Positions 1-11,087 of a DNA stretch of 64,000 nt are shown one piece after another. Both the position numbers and the translations under genes were made by a program. The stretch is from Dendrobates tinctorius (Eukaryota), in contig NW_027361698.1 of assembly GCF_039654945.1 (NCBI RefSeq), forward strand, positions 22,382,001-22,446,000. The letters are read 5' to 3'. The notes below the pieces were generated by a model that was not told the origin of the DNA, did no database searches, and worked only from the letters and a program-made list of their open reading frames with translations. The stretch's first letter is position 1. The number at the start of each line of letters is the position of its first letter.

Positions 1-159
1 TTCCCTGCAAGATTAGAACAGGTTGGAATTTATTTAGGAAACACATTATAAATGAAGTGTAGCGATAAACTCAGTATAAAATCATGTATGTGGTTATCTA
101 TTCTTTTAACCTACCTAAAAAAGATCTTCTATCAAATAGACTAACTGCTTGTCCTAAGT

Positions 160-1354
160 GCCACCATACCAACATGGCTCCCCTTTACGCCAACAGCTAC
201 ATGGCTGTTTTTGAGGAGGAAGTGGTTTACACTAATCCACTTTTTCAGACACATTGTTCCATATGTAAAAGGTACATCGATGATGTATTCTGCATCTGGA
301 TGGGTCCCCAAGAGACCTTAACCACCTTCTTTGATACTCTTAACACTACCTGGACAGGTCTTTCCTTCACTATTACCAGTAGCGTAGAATGTGTCAGCTT
401 CTTGGATACGATGGTCATAAAAGATGACAAGGGTATACTTAGTACTGACATGTATACCAAGACCACGGATCGTAACAGCCTTTTGCATTTTACCAGTTTA
501 CATCCACCTGCCATCAAAAAGGCCTTCCCCAAATCACAGTTCAAAAGAGTGCAAAGAATAGTCTCTGATCTTGACAAATGTGAGCTCCGGCTTCCACAGA
601 TGCAATCTAAGTTCATAGAACGTGGTTACCCCCATACAATTTTAGTTGGTGCATTGAACGCACACAGCGTACACAAGTGAAGGGGCGAGTACCTATTGTC
701 CGCACCTATCAACCTTATGTGAATATTCTGCACAAGAGAATAAGAAAATATTGGGGCTTTTTATCTTCTGCTCATCCTGAAATCCCAGAGTTTCTTAACC
801 CATTCCTTCCGTGTTACAAATGACCAAATAATATACGTAATTCACTTATTAGGGCCGACATAGGTCCCACTAAAAAGACTTCCATGCAGAGATTTTTACA
901 AACTCCAAAAACGGGCACTTACCCTTGTCTTCAATGCCATCAGTGCAATAATGTACAGAAGGGTAACGCATTTTTCCATCCACACTTGGGTAAAAAGTAT
1001 CCCATTAAAGATTTTGCTACGTGCTACACCAGCTATGTAGTTTATCTCATTAAATGCCCCTGCGGACTCCTCTACGTAGGCAAAACAACTCAGGCCATCA
1101 AGGATAGGATAAGTAAGCACAAGTCCACAATCAGGTATAAAAACCTACTTCTCCCCCTGCCCCATCATTTCCATGAATTTTGACATAGCGTGTCATAATT
1201 AAAATTCCAAGTCATAGAGCACATCCCAGCCCCTAGACGTGGGGGTGACCGCATCAGGATTTAAAAAAAATGTGAGTCCTATTGGATTCATGAGTTACAA
1301 ACTTTAACCCCGAAGGGTCTAAACAGGGACTACGACCTATTGTCTATTATGTAA
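160..1354 (+). pseudogene. Penelope-like element (PLE) pol 3' half: reverse transcriptase C-terminus plus GIY-YIG endonuclease, disrupted
   Basis: ORF 84-680 has NMAP..AN.YM, RYIDDVFCIW, VSFLD and TD.Y.K.TDRN.LLHF.S.HP (PLE RT/thumb). ORF 884-1183 has C..C..C and YVVYLIKCPCGLLYVGKT...RISKH (GIY-YIG). Stops and frameshifts lie between and after. Confidence 0.93.
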
Positions 1355-2635
1355 ATGAACTCATGTTATCACTGTTTTATGATTGTTTCTCCTGTAACCT
1401 CTTGGTACAATAAGTTATTATGAGGACCTGAAGAAACGTGCTTGACTGTATCCTTACACTGGTCTTGTATGATATAATAACCTTGCTTTCCCTTTATTGC
1501 AGGGCTGTTTATATTGATTGCTCCTGGCTGTCCTCATGTTATTCCATCCAACTGGACCTTTCACCACTATCCTGCTCGGCTGCAATTACTCTATAATGGT
1601 ATTAGTTTGTTGACCATAATAAAATAATCCTGATAGTATTTATTATTTTTTCATTTCTTTCATTTTTTATTTTTACATTTTTTATTTACAATTTTTATAT
1701 ATTTCATTTTCATGTAATCTTGGTACATTACATGGCACACAGGGCTCCATAATTTGAACTACATAATATAAAGCAAGTATGACAAAAGAACTCCTTTTAT
1801 TAACATCCACATATTATTTAAAACACAATAGGTCATACTCCTATCTTATAATTGCCTTGTCCGACCCCCTTCTTACTTGTAGAACATATATGGAACGCAA
1901 TACAGCTTTTGGAGCACATATAATGTTGCTTCCTGTCTTTGGAACTCAAACACAGCGTCTTCCTGCTTTTAGAACTGTATCTGGAGTGCACACAATACCA
2001 CTTCCTGTCCATGGAACGCAACACAAACACAGCATCTTCCTGTCTTTGGAATGCACGCTGCCACCCACTTCCTGCTCAGTGGCCTCAAGCACACGTGCGT
2101 TTAGTCCCGCAACTTTTCTATTTAGTATCCCTTATTCTGGCTCTATTCAGCGATGTGACAAGCAGTGGAAACTGCGTCCTCCTGCAAGGATTTTACATCC
2201 ACTGACCGCTAATGGTAAGCAAACATTAAGATTATATGTCCACATTCTTATCTATGTTTATGGGATTATGACAGCATGGTACCTTTTGTAGCCATACAGA
2301 CGCACAGACCTTGAATGAACAGGTAAATACCCTTTTTCTTTGCCTCCATTTACACACTCACCATTATATACCTCTCTCATGGCATACTTTCTTATATAGC
2401 ATCCCACCATAACAGGGAGCCATACAAATGTGCCTTTATATTCTGTATAACATGTATGTCCATAATACTACTTTAATTTTATTAAATCTTTAAACATTTT
2501 TTAGTTTATAATTATTTCCTGACATATATTACCTTATTCTAGCCTCACAAGGGTCTGCCATACAGGCATTTTCAGCATAAATAACAGGTAAAGTGCCCTC
2601 CTTGCCCTGCATGCATTCACATACTTACCACCTTA

Positions 2636-3479
2636 AGGCCACGTCACACATGACGATTTACCAGCAATCCCGACAATGATATCAACGTGTCAGGATCGCT
2701 GGTAAGTCGCTATGTGATCGCTGGTGAGCTGTCAAACAGACAGCTTCACCAGCGATTAGCACAGCGATGCCGAGCGCGCGGCATCGCTGTGTTCTGTTAG
2801 TTACCAGCGCACTGATGCAGGCAGCTGGTAACTGACGTACACATCGGGTATCCAAGGGATGTGCGTCCCTTGGATACCCGATGTGTACATTAGTTGCCAG
2901 GTACCTGCATCAGCGTGCTTGGTAACTAATTGAACGATCCTCCCACAATCCTCTGCGCGCTGCAGGGGGCGTAACCAGAAGATCCCGGGGAAATTCAGAG
3001 GCTCGTTTGCGCCGCTGCGCCTGGTACCATGGCAACTACCAGCACAACCGGGGCCCCCAGGGGCCTGCCGTGCAGCCCGGTGCAGGCGTCCATTCCCGGG
3101 GGTGGGGGTGTATAGCACAGGCTGGTGCTATACACCCGAGGGAGCAGAAGTCACAGCCTGCCCGCCATGCCTGCATCAGCGCGCTTGGTAACTAATGTAC
3201 TCATCGGGTATCCAAGGGACGCACGTCCCTTGGGTACCCGATGTGTACATTAGTTACCAGCTGATCACTGGGCTCCCGCCGGTCACACGCAGCGATGAGT
3301 GCTGTCCAGCGGGAGCCAGCGACCAAAGAAATGTCCTGGGCTTTCCTGCAGCGATCAGCGATACCGGCAGGGGTGCCGGTCGCTGATCGCTGTCACACAC
3401 AGCGATCTCGCTGTTGTGTCACAAAACTTGTGACTCAGCAGCGATCTCGCTAGCGAGATTGCTATGTGTGACTGGGCCT
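2636..3479. mobile_element. Harbinger-type MITE (CAGCGAT-rich family)
   Basis: Termini AGGCCACGTCACACA / TGTGTGACTGGGCCT; TTA TSD at 2633-2635 and 3480-3482; internal palindromes. Confidence 0.85.
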
Positions 3480-3979
3480 TTACACTCACCTGTTGGTGCA
3501 TGTTTGTTTAAATAGGTCCTTATTACAAAAGGGCGCTGGACAGCTTACCTTATATACTCCGTCCTACAGGTATTTTTCATAGTACCCCTTTGATCCCCAT
3601 TTAAGGATTAACCCTTTCATTTTGGATCCTTTTATTGACTTACATAATCCTGTTATATTTCAATAGGAGACTACATAATTCTCGCTTTCCTACTTCTCCA
3701 CTAAAAAATCTTTTTTCAAAAAAAGCAGTCGAGTAGGTGTATTTCTTTTACTTTTCCTTTAGCTTATATTTCCGTCCTCCCACCTGGTTTTCCCTGGATA
3801 TTAATAATATTATATTATTATTTTATTATTTCTTGTCCCACCGGATTGGTGTATCTATTTTGTATATATATATATACAATCATATGCTATGATTCTTCTA
3901 TATGTCTGTATGAGGACATAATTGTTGGAAAAAAAAAATGTGTGTATCATGTTTTTGTTTGTTATGTTTACATCTCTTA

Positions 3980-4020
3980 TTGCAGACTGATGAAGGCCAT
4001 GTAGGCCGAAACGTTTGCAG
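3980..4020 (+). ncRNA. Minimal type I hammerhead ribozyme-like motif (PLE-associated)
   Basis: ttgcaga CTGATGA A GGCC atgta GGCC GAAAC GT ttgcag: canonical core, 4-bp helix II, short helix I via TGCA. Confidence 0.75.
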
Positions 4021-4069
4021 ACTGCCTAAATAAAATGTTCTTCAAGTTTGCACGCTATAAGTTAAGTGC

Positions 4070-5256
4070 CAAGTTGTTTTCACCATATCAACTCTGACCT
4101 CATACACGGCCTATGGTCCTGACCTGCTTCAGTTTCTTTCTGGGGATTGGTATCAAATATGATTAATGCCATATGGGGTTTCAGGTACACCCTCTCTCTT
4201 TACCCAGCCTTGTTTCACTACTGGAGTAAAGGCCCTTTTACATTTAGCGATGCACCAGCGATCCAACCAGAGATCCGACCCGGTCAGGATCGCTGGTGCA
4301 TCGCTAAATGATCGCTAGTGAGCTTTCATACAGAAAGATCTCACAGCGATGCAGCAGCGATGCAGCGCACGATACTTACCATTCACACACAGCGATCCTG
4401 CGTCCTCCCGCCCGCCTCCACGCGTCGCTGGACGTCACAGCAGGAAGCCCAGCAGGAAGCAGACGACGAGAAATGGAGCCGGACATTCTCGCGCGATCAG
4501 CGATGAGCAGCGGGGGAGCCGGTCGCTGGTAAGTATCACACATAGCGATATTGCTAGCAATATCGCTATAACGTCACAAAACCAGTGACGTTATAGCGAT
4601 ATTGCTAGCGATATCACTTAGTGTAAAACCCCCTTAACACAAATAACACTAGCAAGAAGGTAGGAGGCCCTCCCAAACTGATGCATACCCTGTTTAAACT
4701 GGCAAAAAAAATGCTTCTTAAATAAATTTTGGCTAGAACCAAATACTCTCCCCATCACAGAATTGACAGCACAAATAAAGCACTTTGTGAAGGTGGAGCA
4801 ACGGGATGCCCTATGTAATAAAGAAGCACAAGAAGGCAAATTTCTCCTGAAGTGGAAACAGTTTATTGTGAATTGTTGTTCATTAAGTGATAAAAGAATC
4901 TGGTTGAACCCTTCACTTCTACAGCTTGGTATATAGTAGAGAATCTCAAAAATAACCTGGGACAACTATGCTTAAATTAAAGAAGGAAAGGAAAAAATAT
5001 GAAGAAAAAAGAAAACAGTTTTTTTTAAAACTATAAAATGATAGTCTTTTCATGATGGCTTTAATAAGACGCAATGTCAGCTAGACTAGATCATTTGTCA
5101 GGTCAATTGTTTGTTTAAAGGTCTTTGTTCTTTATGTTATGCCAGCTAAATCCACGAAACATGTTACTATTTGTCCTGTCTGAGTACGGGTACTTGATTA
5201 TCTTCTACAATCTGATTTGTTTTATGAAAAATTCCAATAAAACGCATAAACAAAAT
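4070..5256 (+). mobile_element. L1-clade LINE 3' fragment (degenerate ORF2 C-terminus, 3' UTR, A-rich tail), interrupted by a MITE
   Basis: Degenerate DLIHGLW...FW zinc-knuckle region near 4095-4143; ...KFLLKWKQFI near 4840-4868; AATAAA and A-rich tail at 5237-5256. Confidence 0.5.
4230..4634. mobile_element. Harbinger-type MITE (CAGCGAT-rich family)
   Basis: Imperfect TIRs AGGCCCTTTTACA / TGTAAAACCCCCT; TAA TSD at 4227-4229 and 4635-4637; reverse-orientation relative of 54114-54509. Confidence 0.8.
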
Positions 5257-5281
5257 TCTGCATGACCTACCTGACCTCTGA

Positions 5282-5530
5282 TTAAATCCTATCATATTCC
5301 GTAGCACTTTACATACAGTATCATCGCTGTCGCCAATGGTGCTCACAATCTAAATTCCCTATCAGTATTTGTTTGGATTGTGGGAGAAAATCGGAGAACC
5401 TGGAATAAAACCCATGCAAACACGGGGAGAACATACAAACTCCTTGCAGGTGTTGTCCATGGTGGGACTTGAACCCAGAATCCCAGTGCTGCAAGGTTAC
5501 AGTGCTAACCACTGACCCACCATGCTGCCC
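5282..5530 (-). mobile_element. tRNA-derived SINE (V-SINE-like)
   Basis: Minus strand begins GGGCAGCATGGTGGGTCAGTGGTTAGCACT (A box), GGTTCAAGTCC (B box), then GGAGTTTGTATGTTCTCCCCGTGTTTGCATGGG (V-domain-like core). Confidence 0.85.
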
Positions 5531-5630
5531 ATATAATTTTACTTGGTCTGACTTTTTTATGACAAAAACCTGGCTTTTTTACAGGGTTGTGTAGACTTTT
5601 TATATTCACGGGGATTTACTTGTATTGATT

Positions 5631-6180
5631 TACAAAACCTACAAAAGACAAAATGAAAAAAACCCTGCTATAATTAAATAAGCAAAAAGTAAACGTGCAT
5701 TTAAATCATACAGAGTTCTTAGTAATACTGTATTTGCTCAAACATAGCATAAAAGCCATCCCACCATGGACAAGGTGACTCTGTGGTCGGGGGGGGGTCC
5801 TACACTGTCTAGTATTAGTAACCTTATCATGTGTCAAAGTTGACACCTGTGTGAATAAGGGCAGACAAGGACCGGGTCCCAACCACTGGACACCAGTCAG
5901 GGGAAGCCTTTAAATACAATTTCCAGCTCAGGAGAGGGAGGCCACACCCCAGCTTGCACAGAATGCAAAAATACAAAGAAAAAACACAAAAATTGAGCTT
6001 GGTTTGAGTTGGTACACATGCAGCATATAAATGCACATTCACATGGCCAAAAAGCATACAAAACCTACAAAAGACAAAATGAAAAAAACCCATGTGTACC
6101 AACTGAAACCAAGCTCAATTTTTGTGGTTTTTCTTTGTATATCAGGGTTTTTTTTCATTTTGTCTTTTGTAGGTTTTGTA
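5631..6180. mobile_element. Small non-autonomous element: ~426-bp monomer plus partial direct and inverted copies, 11-bp TSD
   Basis: TTGTATTGATT at 5620-5630 and 6181-6191. TACAAAACCTACAAAAGACAAAATG at 5631 and 6057, inverted at 6156-6180. 5970-6020 is inverted to 6091-6140. Confidence 0.75.
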
Positions 6181-6293
6181 TTGTATTGATTTAGCAGACT
6201 TTTTCAGATGGAGTAAAGTGATTCCCCTGTTTATTAAATGTTTACATGCTTCATATTTGAATACATGTCAATCAGCTTTTTCTAGTAAAACAA

Positions 6294-6654
6294 GGCCGGG
6301 GTCACATTAGCATATATTATCTGATGTGAGCATCGGATGCGATACGCTAATTGCACTCAGCTCAAACTCTGCTGCGAGTGTGAGCCAAGTGTCACCTTAC
6401 TGTGATACGATTTTCTCACATGCGAGAATCGGATCACAGGTGAGGAGAAGAAGGAGAGATTAATCTCTCCATCTTTTCTGTGCAATATAGGCTGCCAATC
6501 AAAGCATGTTGTGATTTTTTTTCTTTTCATGCCAAATCAACATGAGAAAAAAATCGCAGATCTGCTCTGCCTCACTGAATAATGCTGGTCATAGTGAAAA
6601 ATGTAATTTTCTCACATTGCATTCTTTGTATTATACGCCAGTGTGAGCGAGCCC
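6294..6654. mobile_element. Degenerate Harbinger-type MITE abutting the autonomous element
   Basis: Termini GGCCGGGGTCACA / TGTGAGCGAGCCC; TSD not clean. Confidence 0.55.
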
Positions 6655-7030
6655 TGAGGCTGGTTTCACATTTGCGTTTTTTAGCGCTGGAAAAAAACGC
6701 ATACGTGCGCATGCGATTTTTCCCCTATATTTAACATGGGTGCGCATACCTGCGCACTTGTAAGCGCATGTATGCGATTTTCATGCGCTGCGTTTTTTTG
6801 GGGTGTGCGTTGGTATTTTCCAGACGCTGCATGTTGCATTTTTTGGCCCTTGAAAAAATCGCATGCGCACGTATGCGCACGTTTTGCGCTAAAAATGGCC
6901 ATTATAGCCTATGGATGCGCATACGTGCGCACTGGCATGCGCAGGTATGCGCTTTTTTAGCGCAGCGTTTTTTGGGTGGTGTCCACTTTTTATCCTAGTT
7001 AGAATCTTCTAAAGTCCAAAAAAAAAAGGC

Positions 7031-7038
7031 TATATAAA
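7031..7038 (+). promoter_or_regulatory. Putative TATA box of the MADF gene
   Basis: TATATAAA upstream of a putative non-coding first exon (donor GTGAGT at 7128, acceptor CAG ending 7202). Confidence 0.55.
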
Positions 7039-7203
7039 GGAGGTGCCTGCCAAAACTCTGCCACTACTACACTAGACAGATTGAAGAGCAGACATTCAAC
7101 CAAGAACCCATTATATCAGCGAAGAATGTGAGTATATTACATTATATGCCTGTCCTTTTAAATTATGTATGTACTAATGATTTTTATTATTTTTACATGC
7201 AGT

Positions 7204-10200
7204 ATGTCTTCAGAATCAGAGTATTCCCCATCGCGGCAGGAATTGGCGCAAGCAGACCGTGAGGTGATTATTTTCGTGCATCTGGTAAGTATATCTGCTG
7301 CTTCTCCAAATCTCTTACGTTTTTTTCAACTTTCAGACATCGTCATCATCATCTGCGGACGGGAATAGTGAGGGCGAACAGCAGGAGCAGCGAAGCCAAG
7401 TCCCGGTGGTGATACGTAATGTAAGTATCAAATGATTTGTAATGTTTTTTTTTTTTTTTTATCTTCTATTTTTACTCTTTTTTTTTTTTCTTTTTTTGTA
7501 ACTTTTTAGTCAATTTAAATTTGATTATTCTAATGAATGTGTTTTGTCTAGGTTCCACAACGGGATGAAGACGTCTACCTGGATAATGAGCAGCTCATCA
7601 GCCTGGTCCAGGAGCGTTCGCCGTTGTGGGACAGCCGTGACCGGCTGTACAAGGACAATGTGGTGACACGGCGGCTATGGAATGAGGTGGCCACAGCGTT
7701 GATGGATGGCTGGGACAGCGCCACAGCATCCGCCAAAAAGGCGTTTAGTGAGTATTTCCCTGCTCTGTATTGTGCCGCAGTGACTGTTGTCCTTGACGGC
7801 ACTGTTGGGTTTCGTGCTAGGCGTATTCTAGCAGGAAACCCAACAGTGTCATCGTGGTCTACAGTGACTGCTTTGAGTATTGTATTGCTACATTGTGCCG
7901 CAGTGACTGTTGTCCTTGACGGCACTGTTGGGTTTCGTGCTAGGCGTATTCTAGCAGGAAACCCAACAGTGTCATCGTGGTCTACAGTGACTGCTTTGAG
8001 TATTGTATTGCTACATTGTGCCGCAGTGACTGTTGTCCTTGACGGCACTGTTGGGTTTCGTGCTAGGCGTATTCTAGCAGGAAACCCAACAGTGTCATCG
8101 TGGTCTACAGTGACTGCTTTGAGTATTGTATTGCTACATTGTGCCGCAGTGACTGTTGTCCTTGACGGCACTGTTGGGTTTCGTGCTAGGCGTATTCTAG
8201 CAGGAAACCCAACAGTGTCATCGTGGTCTACAGTGACTGCTTTGAGTATTGTATTGCTACATTGTGCCGCAGTGACTGTTGTCCTTGACGGCACTGTTGG
8301 GTTTCGTGCTAGGCGTATTCTAGCAGGAAACCCAACAGTGTCATCGTGGTCTACAGTGACTGCTTTGAGTATTGTATTGCTACATTGTGCCGCAGTGACT
8401 GTTGTCCTTGACGGCACTGTTGGGTTTCGTGCTAGGCGTATTCTAGCAGGAAACCCAACAGTGTCATCGTGGTCTACAGTGACTGCTTTGAGTATTGTAT
8501 TGCTACATTGTGCCGCAGTGACTGTTGTCCTTGACGGCACTGTTGGGTTTCGTGCTAGGCGTATTCTAGCAGGAAACCCAACAGTGTCATCGTGGTCTAC
8601 AGTGACTGCTTTGAGTATTGTATTGCTACATTGTGCCGCAGTGACTGTTGTCCTTGACGGCACTGTTGGGTTTCGTGCTAGGCGTATTCTAGCAGGAAAC
8701 CCAACAGTGTCATCGTGGTCTACAGTGACTGCTTTGAGTATTGTATTGCTACATTGTGCCGCAGTGACTGTTGTCCTTGACGGCACTGTTGGGTTTCGTG
8801 CTAGGCGTATTCTAGCAGGAAACCCAACAGTGTCATCGTGGTCTACAGTGACTGCTTTGAGTATTGTATTGCTACATTGTGCCGCAGTGACTGTTGTCCT
8901 TGACGGCACTGTTGGGTTTCGTGCTAGGCGTATTCTAGCAGGAAACCCAACAGTGTCATCGTGGTCTACAGTGACTGCTTTGAGTATTGTATTGCTACAT
9001 TGTGCCGCAGTGACTGTTGTCCTTGACGGCACTGTTGGGTTTCGTGCTAGGTGTATTCTAGCAGGAAACCCAACAGTGTCATCGGGGTGTACAGTGACTG
9101 CTTTGAGTATTGTATTGCTAAATTGTGAAGCAGTGACTGTTGTACTTGACGGCACTGTTTTTTTTTTATCAACAGTGGACAAAGTCCGAACACGTTGGCG
9201 TTCGATCAAGGACCGCTTCAACAGTGATGTTCGTGCTGAGGGCCAGGTTCGCAGTGGATCTGCGTCAAGGACCAGAACTAGATACCGTCACTATCACGCG
9301 TTGCAGTTCCTAAGACCGGTCCTTGCCACAAGATCGTAAGTATTATACATTTTGGGTTTTTATTTTTATTAATCTGTGTTTTTCTAATCCACAGCTGATG
9401 CTTCTTGTAAAGGCATGGTAGTAATGATTTTCCTTTCTTCCACAGCACCTGGAGCAGCACCCTGCAACCTGGCCCTGGAGCGGTCCTTCGTCGGACGTCC
9501 TCTGACCCGTCCCAGCCATCCGACAGCCAGGAAGCACCTTGCAGGTCCCACACACACACAGCTGGTGACCAGGAAGCTGGGCCATCAGGTGTTCCCCTGT
9601 CCCAGGTCTCTGCCACTGGTTATGCGGGCACTACCCGCCAGCGGCAGAGGGCCTTGGACAGGAATGTCTTGCCCGAGTTTATGCATTTGAGCGAGACATT
9701 TAATTCCAGCCTCAAGTCACTGTCCGACAGAGTTGAAAGCGGTTTTGCACTGATGGAACGTGGTTTTAACCACTTTGAACACCGCTTCAATTCTGTAGAA
9801 CAGCGCCTTGACCGTCTGGAGGCCGACCTCAACAGACCAGCACACCATTTTTTTAGTAAGATTGAAAAGGGCATGGCGGAACACCTTAGTCCTGATCAAC
9901 AGCTGAATGTGCTGCAGGCCTGCAACAATGCTTTCTTGCAGGCTATGCAGCATAATCGGTACGGTCAGCAGTCAGTGGTGTCCTTTCCACCTGTGCCACC
10001 ATTGACTCGCTTCACCTCACTACCGACTTGTGCTGCATACCACTGCACGGACACCTCTCTTCAAAGGCTGGACACCCACCGTTACACCACCACAAGTCTG
10101 AGTGCAGCTGGTCACTTCACCGACACCACCATGGCAAGCGCTGCTCCTGTCTGGAGCACCACCGCCAATCCCATGCATGCGTGGAGCTCAGCCACCACTA

Positions 10201-10958
10201 GGCAAACATGGAACAGCCCTGCCGCTACAACAACATGTAGTAGCCCTGCCACCACCACTCTGCAAACCTGGGCCATCACTGCCGCCACCAGTCCTCCTGC
10301 AAGGACGAGCACTGACCAAGAAGAGCAGCATCAGCCACCTCAGCAGCAGCAGCCAACTCAGCAGCCGCCACCTCAGCAGCAGCAGCCACCTCAGCAGCAG
10401 CCGCCACCTCAGCAGCAGCAGCAACCACCTCAGCAGCAGCCGCCACCTCAGCAGCAGCAGCAACCACCTCAGCAGCAGCAACCACCTCAGCAGCAGCCGC
10501 CACCTCAGCAGCAGCAGCAACCACCTCAGCAGCAGCAACCACCTCAGCAGCAGCTGCCACCTCAGCAGCAGCCGCCACCTCAGCAGCAGCCGCCACCTCA
10601 GCAGCAGCCGCAACCTCTGCAGCAGCAGCCGCCACCTCAGCAGCAGCAGCCATACCAGCAGACGGGGGACCTACATTCCATATTTGCCCCTACTTCAAGG
10701 CGAAATCAATCAAGGCGGGCATTGGGCCAAAGTCGGTCCAGGCACACAAGCCTACGGCGACATGCCATTACAACTAATGTAACTGAACAGATTTCCTCTC
10801 CTACAAGTGTTCCAAGTTTAATTCCCTTAACTGGACTACCTTCCCCCACAAGTTTTGTTGCCCCTTCCCCTCAAACACCGTCTTCAACTGCAAGTGTTGC
10901 ATATTCCCTGCACACCCCCAAATTGAAACCATCTGCCCCCAAACGCCGTAAAAAATAA
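7204..10958 (+). CDS. Harbinger MADF/Myb-SANT-like DNA-binding protein, ~670 aa; exons 7204-7263, 7337-7420, 7552-7747, 9176-9335, 9446-10958
   Basis: GT-AG introns with matching phases (2013 nt total). MADF signature LISLVQERSPLWD...RRLWNEVA...VRTRWRSIKDRF. Coiled coil, BESS-like HHFFSKIE..M.EHLSPDQQL, polyQ/P tract, terminal PKRRKK. AATAAA at 10986. The first two exons are the least certain. Confidence 0.85.
7769..9159. repeat. 123-bp tandem array (11 full units plus a partial) in the intron splitting the MADF domain
   Basis: Units start 7769, 7892, 8015 ... 9122 and are nearly identical. Each has the inverted repeat CACTGTTGGGTTTC / GAAACCCAACAGTG. Confidence 0.97.
10325..10652 (+). repeat. 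Coding CAG/CCR-rich repeat (Gln/Pro tract)
   Basis: Repeated CCACCTCAGCAGCAG(CAG)n, translating to PPQQQ(Q)n. Confidence 0.95.
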
Positions 10959-11087
10959 TTTTTAAATTTTTTTTTTGTGATAAAAAATAAATTTACATTT
11001 GTGGTTCACCATTAATAAGTTTCATTAATGTTGTTTGCGCCGCTCACACACACTGATGGGTAAATACATGTTAAAAACCAACCCAAG

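Larger units (their letters stand above)
160..4066 (+). mobile_element. 5'-truncated Penelope-like retroelement including long 3' non-coding region ending in a hammerhead motif and AATAAA
   Basis: PLE ORF remnant, then AT-rich region with hammerhead core at 3987-4014 and AATAAA at 4029. Boundaries approximate. Confidence 0.65.

Noticed and set aside
5460-5530. tRNA gene
   Set aside because: A and B boxes run on into a SINE body and tail; no complete cloverleaf.
7575-9221. 548-aa minus-strand ORF of 41-aa repeats
   Set aside because: By-product of a stop-free 123-bp repeat antisense to the MADF gene; no domain or independent support.
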